DNA of 63,965 bases, filler included, from Lenisia limosa (taxonomy: Eukaryota > Protista > Breviatea): assembly GCA_001655205.1 (NCBI GenBank). It is 9 parts of 9 records of this genome, joined end to end, with 100 filler letters (N's around TTAATTAATTAA, not from the genome) between each part and the next. Parts side by side here need not be neighbours in the genome. Positions count along the whole stretch, not along the records: positions 7,578 to 26,568 come from LPNZ01009160.1; positions 26,669 to 29,285 come from LPNZ01001307.1; 7 more parts are not named here. One strand, 5' to 3'. Made by a program: the position numbers and the translations under genes. Under the pieces are notes generated by a model. That model did not search any database and had not been told where the DNA came from. It was given only the letters and a program-made list of their open reading frames with translations. This document shows, one piece after another, positions 17,801 through 26,829 of this stretch (position 1 is the stretch's first letter; the number at the start of each line of letters is the position of its first letter).

Positions 17801-18738
17801 TGAGCCAGATACAACCTTGTTTTTTTTCTCATATCTCACATTTTATTTATCATTTCTATGAATTTATTTCTCATTTCTCTATATTCCATTCACTCTACAG
17901 CCTCTCTTTGATGTTTGGGTTGAATGCTCAAATGACGAGTACGTGAGAGACCAATTGATGGCCAACCGGCAGTTTTGGTTCCAGTGAGGGGGGGTATAAA
18001 AGGAAAATAGAAGGAAAATAGAAGGAAATTTTGATGATTAAAATGTAATATTTGAGTATTTATGAAACACATGGAGGAGAGGGTAGTGGATGCAGATTTG
18101 GTTCTTGTAGGGGAGGCGGGGAGTAAAACGAAGGAAATTTCGATGATGAATATTTCCATAAAGGTACTCATCACGACCCGAATTTTCTGAAACTTCAAGC
18201 AACAAGACAAAAAAACCAAGCAATGACAAGGCGAGCAGCCTACTATATGTATTGCACTTTATTTCACTATTTCAAACCGTCTCCATTTCACCTCCATCAG
18301 GAAGCAAACCGAGGGAGTCAAGACAATCAGTGGTATAGCCCCTCCAGGTCCCTTCAAGCCGCCTGCTTCGCCACACTTCGTTGAAGACACCCGTGCCGCC
18401 TCGCCCACGCCCATGTCGGAAATCAGCGTCGGAATCAACGTTTGGGGGTGTAATGAGGGATGTGGATCGTGGCCAGAAGGGATTTGATCATAAAAATAAG
18501 AAGAGAAAGAAGAAGAAGAAGAAGAATCTACTACTACTACTACTAATAATAATAATAGTAATAATTGGAATAATCATAAACAATATTAATTTTATGTAAT
18601 GATTGCCTTTTCCGTTATCCTTTCTACGTCCTCATTATCCCTGATGATTATCTCACCGAACAGAGCGCGTCTAATCTACCTTACGTATCTACTGCGTCTT
18701 TGGCCGACGTTACAGGAGTTTCCCCCTCGGTTGGCTGA
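8889..18738 (+). CDS. Class I 3',5'-cyclic nucleotide phosphodiesterase with an N-terminal multi-transmembrane region
   Basis: Phase-consistent exons give NPYHNIEHAIEV (15155-15241), LLAAVCHDVDHVGFNNAYL, SPMERHHCS, LILAT|DMTQHF, LSIALK|xADIGH, EFFNQG and LPISPFMDRSKMDIPKSQLGFIDFVVK, which are the canonical PDEase_I metal-binding and invariant Gln motifs. Upstream exons (10690-13067) are hydrophobic. Start codon is tentative. Confidence 0.9.
9061..9172 (+). repeat. Orientation-locked intronic repeat (family F) copy
   Basis: GCTGGAGTGATTGGATGCGGTTGCAGAAGCGACTGGCCTG...GTGTGTTGTCAGCCAAAAGAGTTGATTTTGGGCTTTTT, ending 25 nt before the acceptor at 9197 of the PDE gene. Confidence 0.85.
9481..9576. 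mobile_element. MITE family A copy
   Basis: GGCTTCACTTCGGTTCGAAAAAAG...TTTTTCGAACTAAAGTGAAGCCC inverted arms, starting 13 nt after the donor at 9468. Confidence 0.85.
10869..10966. mobile_element. MITE family A copy (near consensus)
   Basis: GGGCTTCACTTCGGTTCGAAAAAGAC...GTCTTTTTACGAACCGAAGTAAAGCCC-TA. Confidence 0.9.
11657..11706. other. Perfect 20-bp inverted repeat (hairpin) in a PDE intron
   Basis: AGGAATATTGAGGCGGCAGA, 10-nt loop, then TCTGCCGCCTCAATATTCCT, its exact reverse complement. Confidence 0.9.
11880..11940. repeat. Short repeat family H (GCGTGATGGTGTGGACGGCTTCGGCCAGATAC), about 12 copies
   Basis: Other copies or fragments near 17770-17825, 23655-23710, 25860-25900, 26118-26190, 29655-29700, 43950-43990, 46845-46905, 56530-56575, 59835-59895, 62025-62095 and 62485-62515. 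Both orientations occur. Confidence 0.8.
13865..14025. repeat. Imperfect (GT)n/(GTAT)n microsatellite
   Basis: Directly visible. It produces the spurious ORFs at 13817-14123. Confidence 0.95.
14109..14244. mobile_element. MITE-like family C (~135 bp; GGGCTCCGTGCAATTAATT arms), TA-flanked
   Basis: TA-GGGCTCCGTGCAATTAATT...AATTAATGCATGAAGCCC-TA. Diverged copies at about 19062-19183, 21128-21258, 22558-22690 and 58189-58305 share an AAATTAAAGTGTCT-like core. Confidence 0.7.
16165..16247. repeat. Short repeat family G (GGGGAGTAAAACGAAGGAAATTTCGAT...TATTGGCGTAAAGGTAC)
   Basis: Related copies at 18113-18195, 30127-30192, 46004-46045 and 60936-60970. Confidence 0.7.
17034..17131. mobile_element. 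MITE family B copy
   Basis: TA-TGCTTCCCTACAGTCCGAAAAAAGAC...GTCTTTTTTGTACCGTAGGGAGCCC-TA, starting 20 nt after the donor at 17014. Confidence 0.85.
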
Positions 18739-18933
18739 GTTTCACACGAAGCAGTGACTTTCATTCAATATAATCAACTGAATAAGTCCTTTATTCTTAA
18801 ATTAATCATTTTTGGTCTTAATCGAGAATGAGGTTTTTTTTTTGCTTATTCTAGTAATGATCATCAACAAATTGTGAACATAATCATCATCTGTCCATAA
18901 AGTTATGGACTGACACTCTCCATTATTCGTCAT

Positions 18934-19033
18934 GAGGGTTTTACTTCGGTCCGAAAAAAATATTAAATTTGTCGATAAATCTTCGGTATTATCGATATTT
19001 TACCGGGCTTTCTCCGACCGAATTGAAGCCCTG
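18934..19033. mobile_element. Diverged MITE family A copy (intergenic)
   Basis: GGGTTTTACTTCGGTCCGAAAAAAA...CCGACCGAATTGAAGCCC around the same TCGA-rich core. Confidence 0.7.
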
Positions 19034-19505
19034 ACTCTTAATTAGGAATTACTCCACATCCATCGTTGCAATGTTATTACTCAGTGACAATTTTGAAATT
19101 AAAGTGTCTGAAATTGAGTTTACATTACAATGATGTTCTCTTCAAATTTTGAAATTATTATTTCAATTACTTGCACGGAGCCAGCTATTGCTAACTAACC
19201 ACTTAGGTGTCTTCCTCGTATATTCTAGAGGAGTAACTTTTTTAGCGAAGGTTATTATTGTTATTGTTAATTATTATTGTTATTATATGGTGAGTGTGAT
19301 TTGTTGGTGTGGACTTAGTATGAATGGAATGCATAGGTTTGATCTATCTCAAGTTTGGTGTTTTCTCATGTATTCAGACAATTTATTATGTTTCAAGCTC
19401 ATGTTTATTCATCAGACTAAGATTTATGGGTATTCAGAACTAGGTACTCAGAGTACGGATTGCCTAACTGAGAAAGAACAAAAAGAGCTCCTGACCCAGG
19501 GTCCT

Positions 19506-22500
19506 TCATGGAAGGACTTGAACTGGAATCACGGTTGGCCGCGGAAATAGAGACGAAACATAGTCACCCATGGTCCTCTCCACGGCTTCTAACTACAATC
19601 GCGCTTCCTCCTTCCTCTTTTTTTGCATTTGTCACGTTGAAGTCTAAGTTTACAGACTTTTCGCATCAATTTTGTAACTGCTTCTTAAGTCAAAATAGAA
19701 AAGGTTTTTTTCGATATTCAATTCTAAATTATTCTTAGAGGATCAAGTGAATCTCAATATTGGACAAAAAAAAACATCATGACACGCTGAAATTGGCAGC
19801 AAAATANNNNNNNNNNNNNNNNNNNNNNNNNNNNNNNNNNNNNNNNNNNNNNNNNNNNNNNNNNNNNNNNNNNNNNNNNNNNNNNNNNNNACTGATAGTC
19901 CGGGAAATCCAGAACCGTGAAATCAATCTAAAGAATTAAACTCAAAAATGTCAAAAACACTCTCGATAAGGAATAATAATAAAACACAATTAACGTCTCA
20001 AAAACACAACATTAAGATAAAATAGTGTTTCATTCTCTTACCAACAATAATACGTTTGTTGTTGTCNNNNNNNNNNNNNNNNNNNNNNNNNNNNNNNNNN
20101 NNNNNNNNNNNNNNNNNNNNNNNNNNNNNNNNNNNNNNNNNNNNNNNNNNNNNNNNNNNNNNNNNNNNNNNNNNNNNNNNNNNNNNNNNNNNNNNNNNNN
20201 NNNNNNNNNNNNNNNNNNNNNNNNNNNNNNNNNNNNNNNNNNNNNNNNNNNNNNATAAATTTCTTCAAAATTCCATAGGATTCCCGTGTAAAATACGGGA
20301 ATTCCCAAGTTTTTAACAAGAATTCCAAGTCGACGCGCCATAGTGCACCACTTTTCTACCATATATAACTCACCTGAGTACTTCCGATTTGGCTGGAGCA
20401 TTCGACAACGGTGCCCTTAACAAATGGGAATGTCAACGAGCCGGCTGTGGGGGGGGGGGGGGNNNNNNNNNNNNNNNNNNNNNNNNNNNNNNNNNNNNNN
20501 NNNNNNNNNNNNNNNNNNNNNNNNNNNNNNNNNNNNNNNNNNNNNNNNNNNNNNNNNNNNNNNNNNNNNNNNNNNNNNNNNNNNNNNNNNNNNNNNNNNN
20601 NNNNNNNNNNNNNNNNNNNNNNNNNNNNNNNNNNNNATGAGGGTTGAGAACCCACCTCCGATAGCCTCCATGCTGTCACCGGCAGCGGTGATGTCAAGGA
20701 ACTCAACTGTGGTGGTACCTTTAGCGCCCTAAATGACGTGAGTTTTGTGTTGTGTAGCAAATCAAAATAGTCTGGCTTTGATAATACTAAACCACGTGAG
20801 TTTTCTGTGTAGCAAATCAAAATATTCTGGCTTGGGGCGGGTGTGAATTCAACCGCATGGTGGGGGTGTACTCAATGATGCTGTNNNNNNNNNNNNNNNN
20901 NNNNNNNNNNNNNNNNNNNNNNNNNNNNNNNNNNNNNNNNNNNNNNNNNNNNNCAACAGGCTTATCTGGCCTATCTAGTTTATTATTAGCTATGTAATTT
21001 CCATTTATCATGAGAAATAAAACAAGCGGCTATCTTACCCCACTCCCAACCCGAACTTCAAGTCGAGTCATCATTCGGCTGTTGCTGTAAAGTGAGAATG
21101 ATCACAGTCACAACTAGGGTAGAAATACGTGTCCGTGCAATTTAATTTTTGAAGAAATTCATTGACATAATTAGAAATGAAAGTGTCTAAAATGGAGATT
21201 AAATTAGTGTCCCTTTCAAATTGTGAAATTAATTTACCAACGAATTGCACAGAGTACTTCGTGCAATTCGTTGAGGAAGTAATTTCAAATGTTTCAAATG
21301 TTTCAAATTTTGAGGTGAGGCATATTGCAATCTGAACTGTGTTTCAGACTTTGATTTATAAAAAAAGTGAATTACACAGAGTCCAACATGTACTGTATAA
21401 TGATAATATACACATTATAGATAAACCATATAATACTACTAATACTACTAATACTACTAATACTACTAATACTACTACATGTACGGTATCTTTTTCATAT
21501 GATATAGTATATTACCTGTCATATGATATATGCTATTCTCAAAAATATAGATTTGTATTATGTATGGATTTACGCAGTGTTTACGAACTTACTTAGGAGC
21601 GGTGGCGCGAACGGATAGCAAGACAACCACATCCCTGAAATGTCAGAATGATTGATTACTGGGGGGTGATTCAAAGTCAGAATAATGATCATGAACCCAT
21701 ATCATCACCGCGTGACAAAATGACAGGTTACACGTGTGAAAGTATCTTTTTTGGACCGTAGGAAAGCCCAAGTTAATTTTACTCCCCATCTAGGGCTTCA
21801 TTTCGGTTCGAAAAAGACCGCTAAATAGTTTTCGAGGATTTATCGAAAAAATCAGTCTTTTTTCGAACCGATGTGAATCTCTACCCCCCACCTCAAAGCA
21901 GTGAACCTGTTCGTTGCAGAGTCGAAACTAAGGAAAGGCATTCCAATATTTGACCTAAAGACCATGAGGAGTGGCGTAATCTCTAATCCCTATTTACAGT
22001 GACCGCGATAAGTCCTGACACGGAGCTTTATCATTAGTCAATCGTGTCAGGATTTATCACGATTATTTTGGATGCTAGGGAGGCACGTATTTCGTGATAT
22101 GATTTCTGTTGACACGGGCTTCACTTTGATCCCGACAACAGCTGAATTACTGGATATATCATTGTAATATTTCGATCGTTTACCGAAATGTAAATGGAGT
22201 GTCAACATAGCAATATAGCATGTATGACTACTTAGACCTCGAATCGTGTCAGGACTTTTGGTGGTCAGTGGATATGTATACCAAGCCTACTCAGTATAAG
22301 ACGACACAATGTGACTTGATTCGTAGGTGAGTGAGTAGTGATGCGCTGCTACGTCTCCTAAATCGTCAGCTCTGGCACCGGGTACAAACAAAGATCATGT
22401 AAATCGAAACATTTCGAGAACTTATCAAGAAATAAATCGAAGTGAAGCCCAATTTTTCTTACTAAAACCCCACTTACTGGCTTCTGGGAGGGGAAGAACT

Positions 22501-25500
22501 GACATGGCTGTCCACATAGTCTATAATAATAATGAGGGGGTGAAAGTAGATATTAAGAATCTGTGCAATGATTAAAAAAATAATTTCATAATTGGAAGCT
22601 AGACATATTGTGATGGGAATGTCATTTTAGACCCTTTAATTTCATTTTTGTCAATTCATCTCTTAAAAAAATCAATTGAACAGAGTTCTAAAACAAAAAG
22701 ACAATAGTAATGTGGGGGTGAAACAGGGCTTCACTTCGGTTCGAAAAATAGTGATGAAATATCGATAGTTTTCGAGGATTTATCGAGATATTCTCTCTTT
22801 CTTCGAACCGAAGTGAAGCCCAAGGGTAAAACAGAAATTCGTCCAAATACCAAAACAAAAAAACAAACAAGAAGGATAAATTAGGACTCCTTGTAATTAG
22901 TAGAAATGTAAAATAACATGAGGCCACAATGTAATATACACACATGTACATTAAAATAATCAAATGTCAAACCTAAAGTGACCGTGATAAGCCTGTTTAT
23001 TGCTTTAAAACAAACACCTCACCCCTCCCCTCCCACAACTTACCCGAACACTATCCGTTGCAGTTTTCAAAATTTCGTAATACAGCTCTTCGTCCTAGAA
23101 AGTGAGAATTGAATAGAGAGCAAGTCTTCTTTCCCCTTTCTATTTGTTTTTTTGTCAGTACAGCTCATCATATATGTATATACTGTATGAATGTAAATGT
23201 ACATACATAATACATGTACATGTAATATGTCTATGTTTATAGTGGCTGTGTTAAGTCTAAATATGTTTTTCTTGGAGAATTATACAGAAAGCCGGTCAAG
23301 AACTTAGTAAAAACGTCTGAAAAAGTCCGAAAAATATGATACAATGAAATTCTGTACGGAGTCCCAGAATTCCCATACTTTGTTAAGGGAAACTACTTCT
23401 GCAGTTCCAGTCACCAAGTTCTGGGATGTCGTCATTCGTCTATTGAGCAGCACTCGCTCTACAAAAAAATTAGGGATTCCCTACGGTCCCAAAAAAAGAC
23501 TGAATTTCTTTCACCCCCCCCCCNNNNNNNNNNNNNNNNNNNNNNNNNNNNNNNNNNNNNNNNNNNNNNNNNNNNNNNNNNNNNNNNNNNNNNNNNNNNN
23601 NNNNNNNNNNNNNNNNNNNNNNNNNNNNNNNNNNNNNNNNNNNNNNNNTCAAAAATAAGGTTGTATCTGGCCAAAACTGTCCACATCATCACGCCTATAA
23701 GATATATTGGTTAATACTATATACTACATACAAAGTGTACAATGTACAAGATTATACTAATATAATAATAATACATCTGATATAATGATATGATAAGTAG
23801 CAGCTACATGAATATATGCTATACTATATAGCTACTATGTATATCATCCCCCATCACATATCACACATCACACATCACATATCACACATCACACATCACA
23901 CATCACACATCACATATCACACATCACACATCACACATCACACATCACACATCACACACAGTACCCACCCCCACCCCCTACCAGCCCCATTGACAAGGAG
24001 TTTAACACTGGTGTGGAACGAGCCTGAGGTGGAGGCCCTGGTATCCGACATGATGGTGACAAGGTAGCTGGGGGGGGGGGGGGNNNNNNNNNNNNNNNNN
24101 NNNNNNNNNNNNNNNNNNNNNNNNNNNNNNNNNNNNNNNNNNNNNNNNNNNNNNNNNNNNNNNNNNNNNNNNNNNNNNNNNNNNNNNNNNNNNNNNNNNN
24201 NNNNNNNNNNNAACAACACAAACAAAGCCAAGGCCAGTCGCTTCTGCAACACCGCATCCCATCACTCCAGCGTACGTTTGATTGGAAATTGATAAAACAA
24301 CAAAAAAGCAACACAAGAGGGTTGACAACAACAAATCAACAGCCAGGTCAGTCACTTCATACTGTTGCTGCATTTAAAATGTACCATGGATAATATATAT
24401 TCAAACTGACAAGGCTTGTCCAAAAATATTATTGTTAACCACATGTAACAATTGGTGCATTTCAATGGAACCTTTTTAGGAGGAGGGAAGTAGCCATCGG
24501 AATTACTCTATCAACGGAATTTTGCACGATTTGCCAACTTTCCAGTCTTAGGAGCAGTGAAGGTTTCAATGAGAACGGGGGCTTGGGTGGCATTAAAACT
24601 GGGGTGTAAGTGAAGGTGCTTTTTTGAGATAAAAAATAATATATTAATATTTAATTAAATTGAGGGAGAAAAGAAATTCGTAGGGATTTGCATTATCAAG
24701 TTACCATGTATGCTATGCCGGTGATAAACACATATTACCTAAAGAGGAAATGTGATTGTGATCAACCTGTACACAAAATTTCTTCCCTTTTCTTATATTA
24801 TAAATAAGATGATGATGAAGAAGAAGACGAACAAAAACAACAACAAGAAAAAAAACAATAACAATAATAATAAGAACAACAATAATAATAAGAACAACAA
24901 TAAGAACAACAATAATAATAAGAACAACAATAAGAACAACAATAAGAACAACAATAAGAGCCAACCCCCCCTCCCTGTCCGCGTACTAATCAGGCTGCGG
25001 CGCACCAGTTGGGGGTCGGAAAGCGAGCCCATTGTCGAAGTAGGTGGAGGTCGANNNNNNNNNNNNNNNNNNNNNNNNNNNNNNNNNNNNNNNNNNNNNN
25101 NNNNNNNNNNNNNNNNNNNNNNNNNNNNNNNNNNNNNNNNNNNNNNNNNNNNNNNNNNNNNNNNNNNNNNNNTCACGAATAATCTGTAGAAAATTGGAAA
25201 ATTTATGGAACAACAAAAAAAAGGCCCATAATTCTGTTGGCTGACAACACACAAGGGTTGATAACAACAAACAAACAAAGCCCAGGCGCTCCTGCAGTAC
25301 CGCATCCCATTACTCCAGCGTACAAAAACTTGTAAGTAAATATTGGTCAATATATTATATTGTATCATATGTACTACTAGTATAATATACGTGCATATAG
25401 CTATATTGATATGTATAATAAATAATACACTACATTATATGGTATAAGATAAAGTAGTATTTAATATCATCACACCTTTAGCATTATCCGCGACTTTGTA

Positions 25501-26290
25501 GAGTGAAAAGGTGACTCTTCCACCCAATTTACTGCTGTCAAAGGCAGGGCTGAGCTGTTCTCCTGAGGGGGGGGGGNNNNNNNNNNNNNNNNNNNNNNNN
25601 NNNNNNNNNNNNNNNNNNNNNNNNNNNNNNNNNNNNNNNNNNNNNNNNNNNNNNNNNNNNNNNNNNNNNNNNNNNNNNNNNNNNNNNNNNNNNNNNNNNN
25701 NNNNNNNNGAAAAAAGACTGAATTTCTTGATAAATCCTCAACTATCGATATGTTGTCGTGAAGCCCTCGTGGGGACTCAATATTCAGTAAATCCCTAAAA
25801 ATATCGATATTTTAATGATCTTTTTTGAACCGGAGTGAAGCCCCATACATAGTTGACGAATAAAACAAGGTTACCATCACGCTTATAAGAGATATTGAGA
25901 GTAGAAAATTAATTCACCCAATCATTTGCCTTACTCCACATACCAGCTTCGAGATAAACGAGTGCTGCTCCTTCACTGTCAGGATAGAGCGCATCTGGAC
26001 TGATTAAGGAATCTCATTCAGGAGCAGGGCTTCACATCGGTTCGAAAAAAACCGATAAAATATCAATAGTTTTCGAGGATTTATCGAGAGATTCAGTCTT
26101 TTTTCGAACCAAAGTGACGACTTCGGCCAGATACTATAATTCAATATCTCTTATTAGCGTGATGGAGTGGACGGCTTCGGCCAGACAACCCCCCCGCGTG
26201 CGCACCATTAAAAACCACTTCTTCAAAGGGGTGTTCGGGGACTTCCGTAGTAGCCGGGTCGCCTTTGACGACGTAAATTGCACTTTCTCC
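19506..26290 (-). CDS. Beta-rich C-terminal region with two C1q/TNF-like (jelly-roll) segments, probably the 3' half of the pseudokinase-WD40 gene
   Basis: Phase-consistent chain STYFDNGLAFRPPTGAPQPDY|YLVTIMSDTRASTSGSFHTSVKLLVNGA|ERVLLNRRMTTSQNLVTGTAEVVSLNK|DEELYYEILKTATDSVR|TMWTAMSVLPL, then SFDSATNRFTALR|DVVVLLSVRA...AGSLTFPFVKGTVVEC...|LEAVERTMGDYVSSLFPRPTVIPVQVLP*. The fold call is from pattern resemblance only. Confidence 0.55.
20257..20348. repeat. Dispersed repeat family I (2 copies)
   Basis: TAAATTTCTTCAAAATTCCAT...ATACGGGAATTCC...CAAGTCGACGCGCCATAGTGCA recurs at 58517-58612. Confidence 0.75.
21791..21883. mobile_element. MITE family A copy, TA-flanked
   Basis: TA-GGGCTTCATTTCGGTTCGAAAAAGAC...GTCTTTTTTCGAACCGATGTGAATCTC-TA, about 8 nt from a minus-strand donor. 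Confidence 0.85.
21995..22270. mobile_element. Tc1/mariner-like non-autonomous element (family D/E; TA-CAGTGAC...GATAAGTCYTGAC arms) with a nested family A fragment
   Basis: Left arm TA-CAGTGACCGCGATAAGTCCTGACACG, right arm CGTGTCAGGACTTTTGGTGGTCAGTG. Related arms at 32867-32946, 58975-59135 and 60370-60441 (...GACTTATCTCTGTCACTG-TA). Confidence 0.65.
22726..22821. mobile_element. MITE family A copy
   Basis: GGGCTTCACTTCGGTTCGAAAAA...TTCGAACCGAAGTGAAGCCC with exact 20-bp inverted arms. Confidence 0.9.
23845..23960. repeat. (CACAT)n-like microsatellite
   Basis: Directly visible. Confidence 0.9.
24830..24958. repeat. (AAC/AAT/AAG) low-complexity tandem repeat
   Basis: Directly visible, intronic. 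It explains the poly-N/K and poly-L ORFs. Confidence 0.9.
25213..25323 (-). repeat. Family F copy (near full length)
   Basis: Minus strand reads GTACGCTGGAGTAATGGGATGCGGTACTGCAGGAGCGCCTGGGCTTTGTTTGTTTGTTGTTATCAACCCTTGTGTGTTGTCAGCCAACAGAATTATGGGCCTTTTT, in the sense of the minus-strand host gene. Confidence 0.85.
26027..26118. mobile_element. MITE family A copy, right arm abutting a family H repeat
   Basis: GGGCTTCACATCGGTTCGAAAAAA...GTCTTTTTTCGAACCAAAGTGA. Confidence 0.8.
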
Positions 26291-26499
26291 TAAACTGGGG
26301 GAGGGGAGTAAGAATCAAAAATTTATGAAAAAAAAACACAAAATCACAAAAACCACTCTTTCTTTCTCAACACATACCCTCATATTGTATGTGCCCCCCC
26401 CCCAAACACACAAATTTTATTTTACATACTGACAGGGTGGAATTTTACCCATTCTGCGGTTACACTTGCCTGATATGGAAGGTTTTTAGGGTGGAATTT

Positions 26500-26568
26500 T
26501 ACAGGTTATTTTACCCAATTGTGTTGAGTTTTACCCAATTGTGTTGAGTTTTACCCAATTGTGTTGAG
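26500..26568. repeat. 20-bp minisatellite (GAGTTTTACCCAATTGTGTT)n running into a gap
   Basis: About three exact units visible before the N run. Confidence 0.9.
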
Positions 26569-26829
26569 NNNNNNNNNNNNNNNNNNNNNNNNNNNNNNNN
26601 NNNNNNNNNNNNTTAATTAATTAANNNNNNNNNNNNNNNNNNNNNNNNNNNNNNNNNNNNNNNNNNNNACAAAGCCCAGGCTAGTCGATTCTGCAGCTCC
26701 GCATCCCATCGTATTTTTCTTTTGCAAAATAAAAAAGTAAAAGGGTCTGGTTAATGTATTTTAGATGATATTTGAACTGATTCCCAATTTTTATGCATGT
26801 GGCAAAACGTTCGTTGGACTCAGCCTAAA

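Noticed and set aside
19420-19620. GC-richer stretch with small hairpins, considered as RNase P/MRP, SRP or snRNA
   Set aside because: No conserved boxes found. It is better explained as the terminal exon and 3' UTR of the minus-strand gene.
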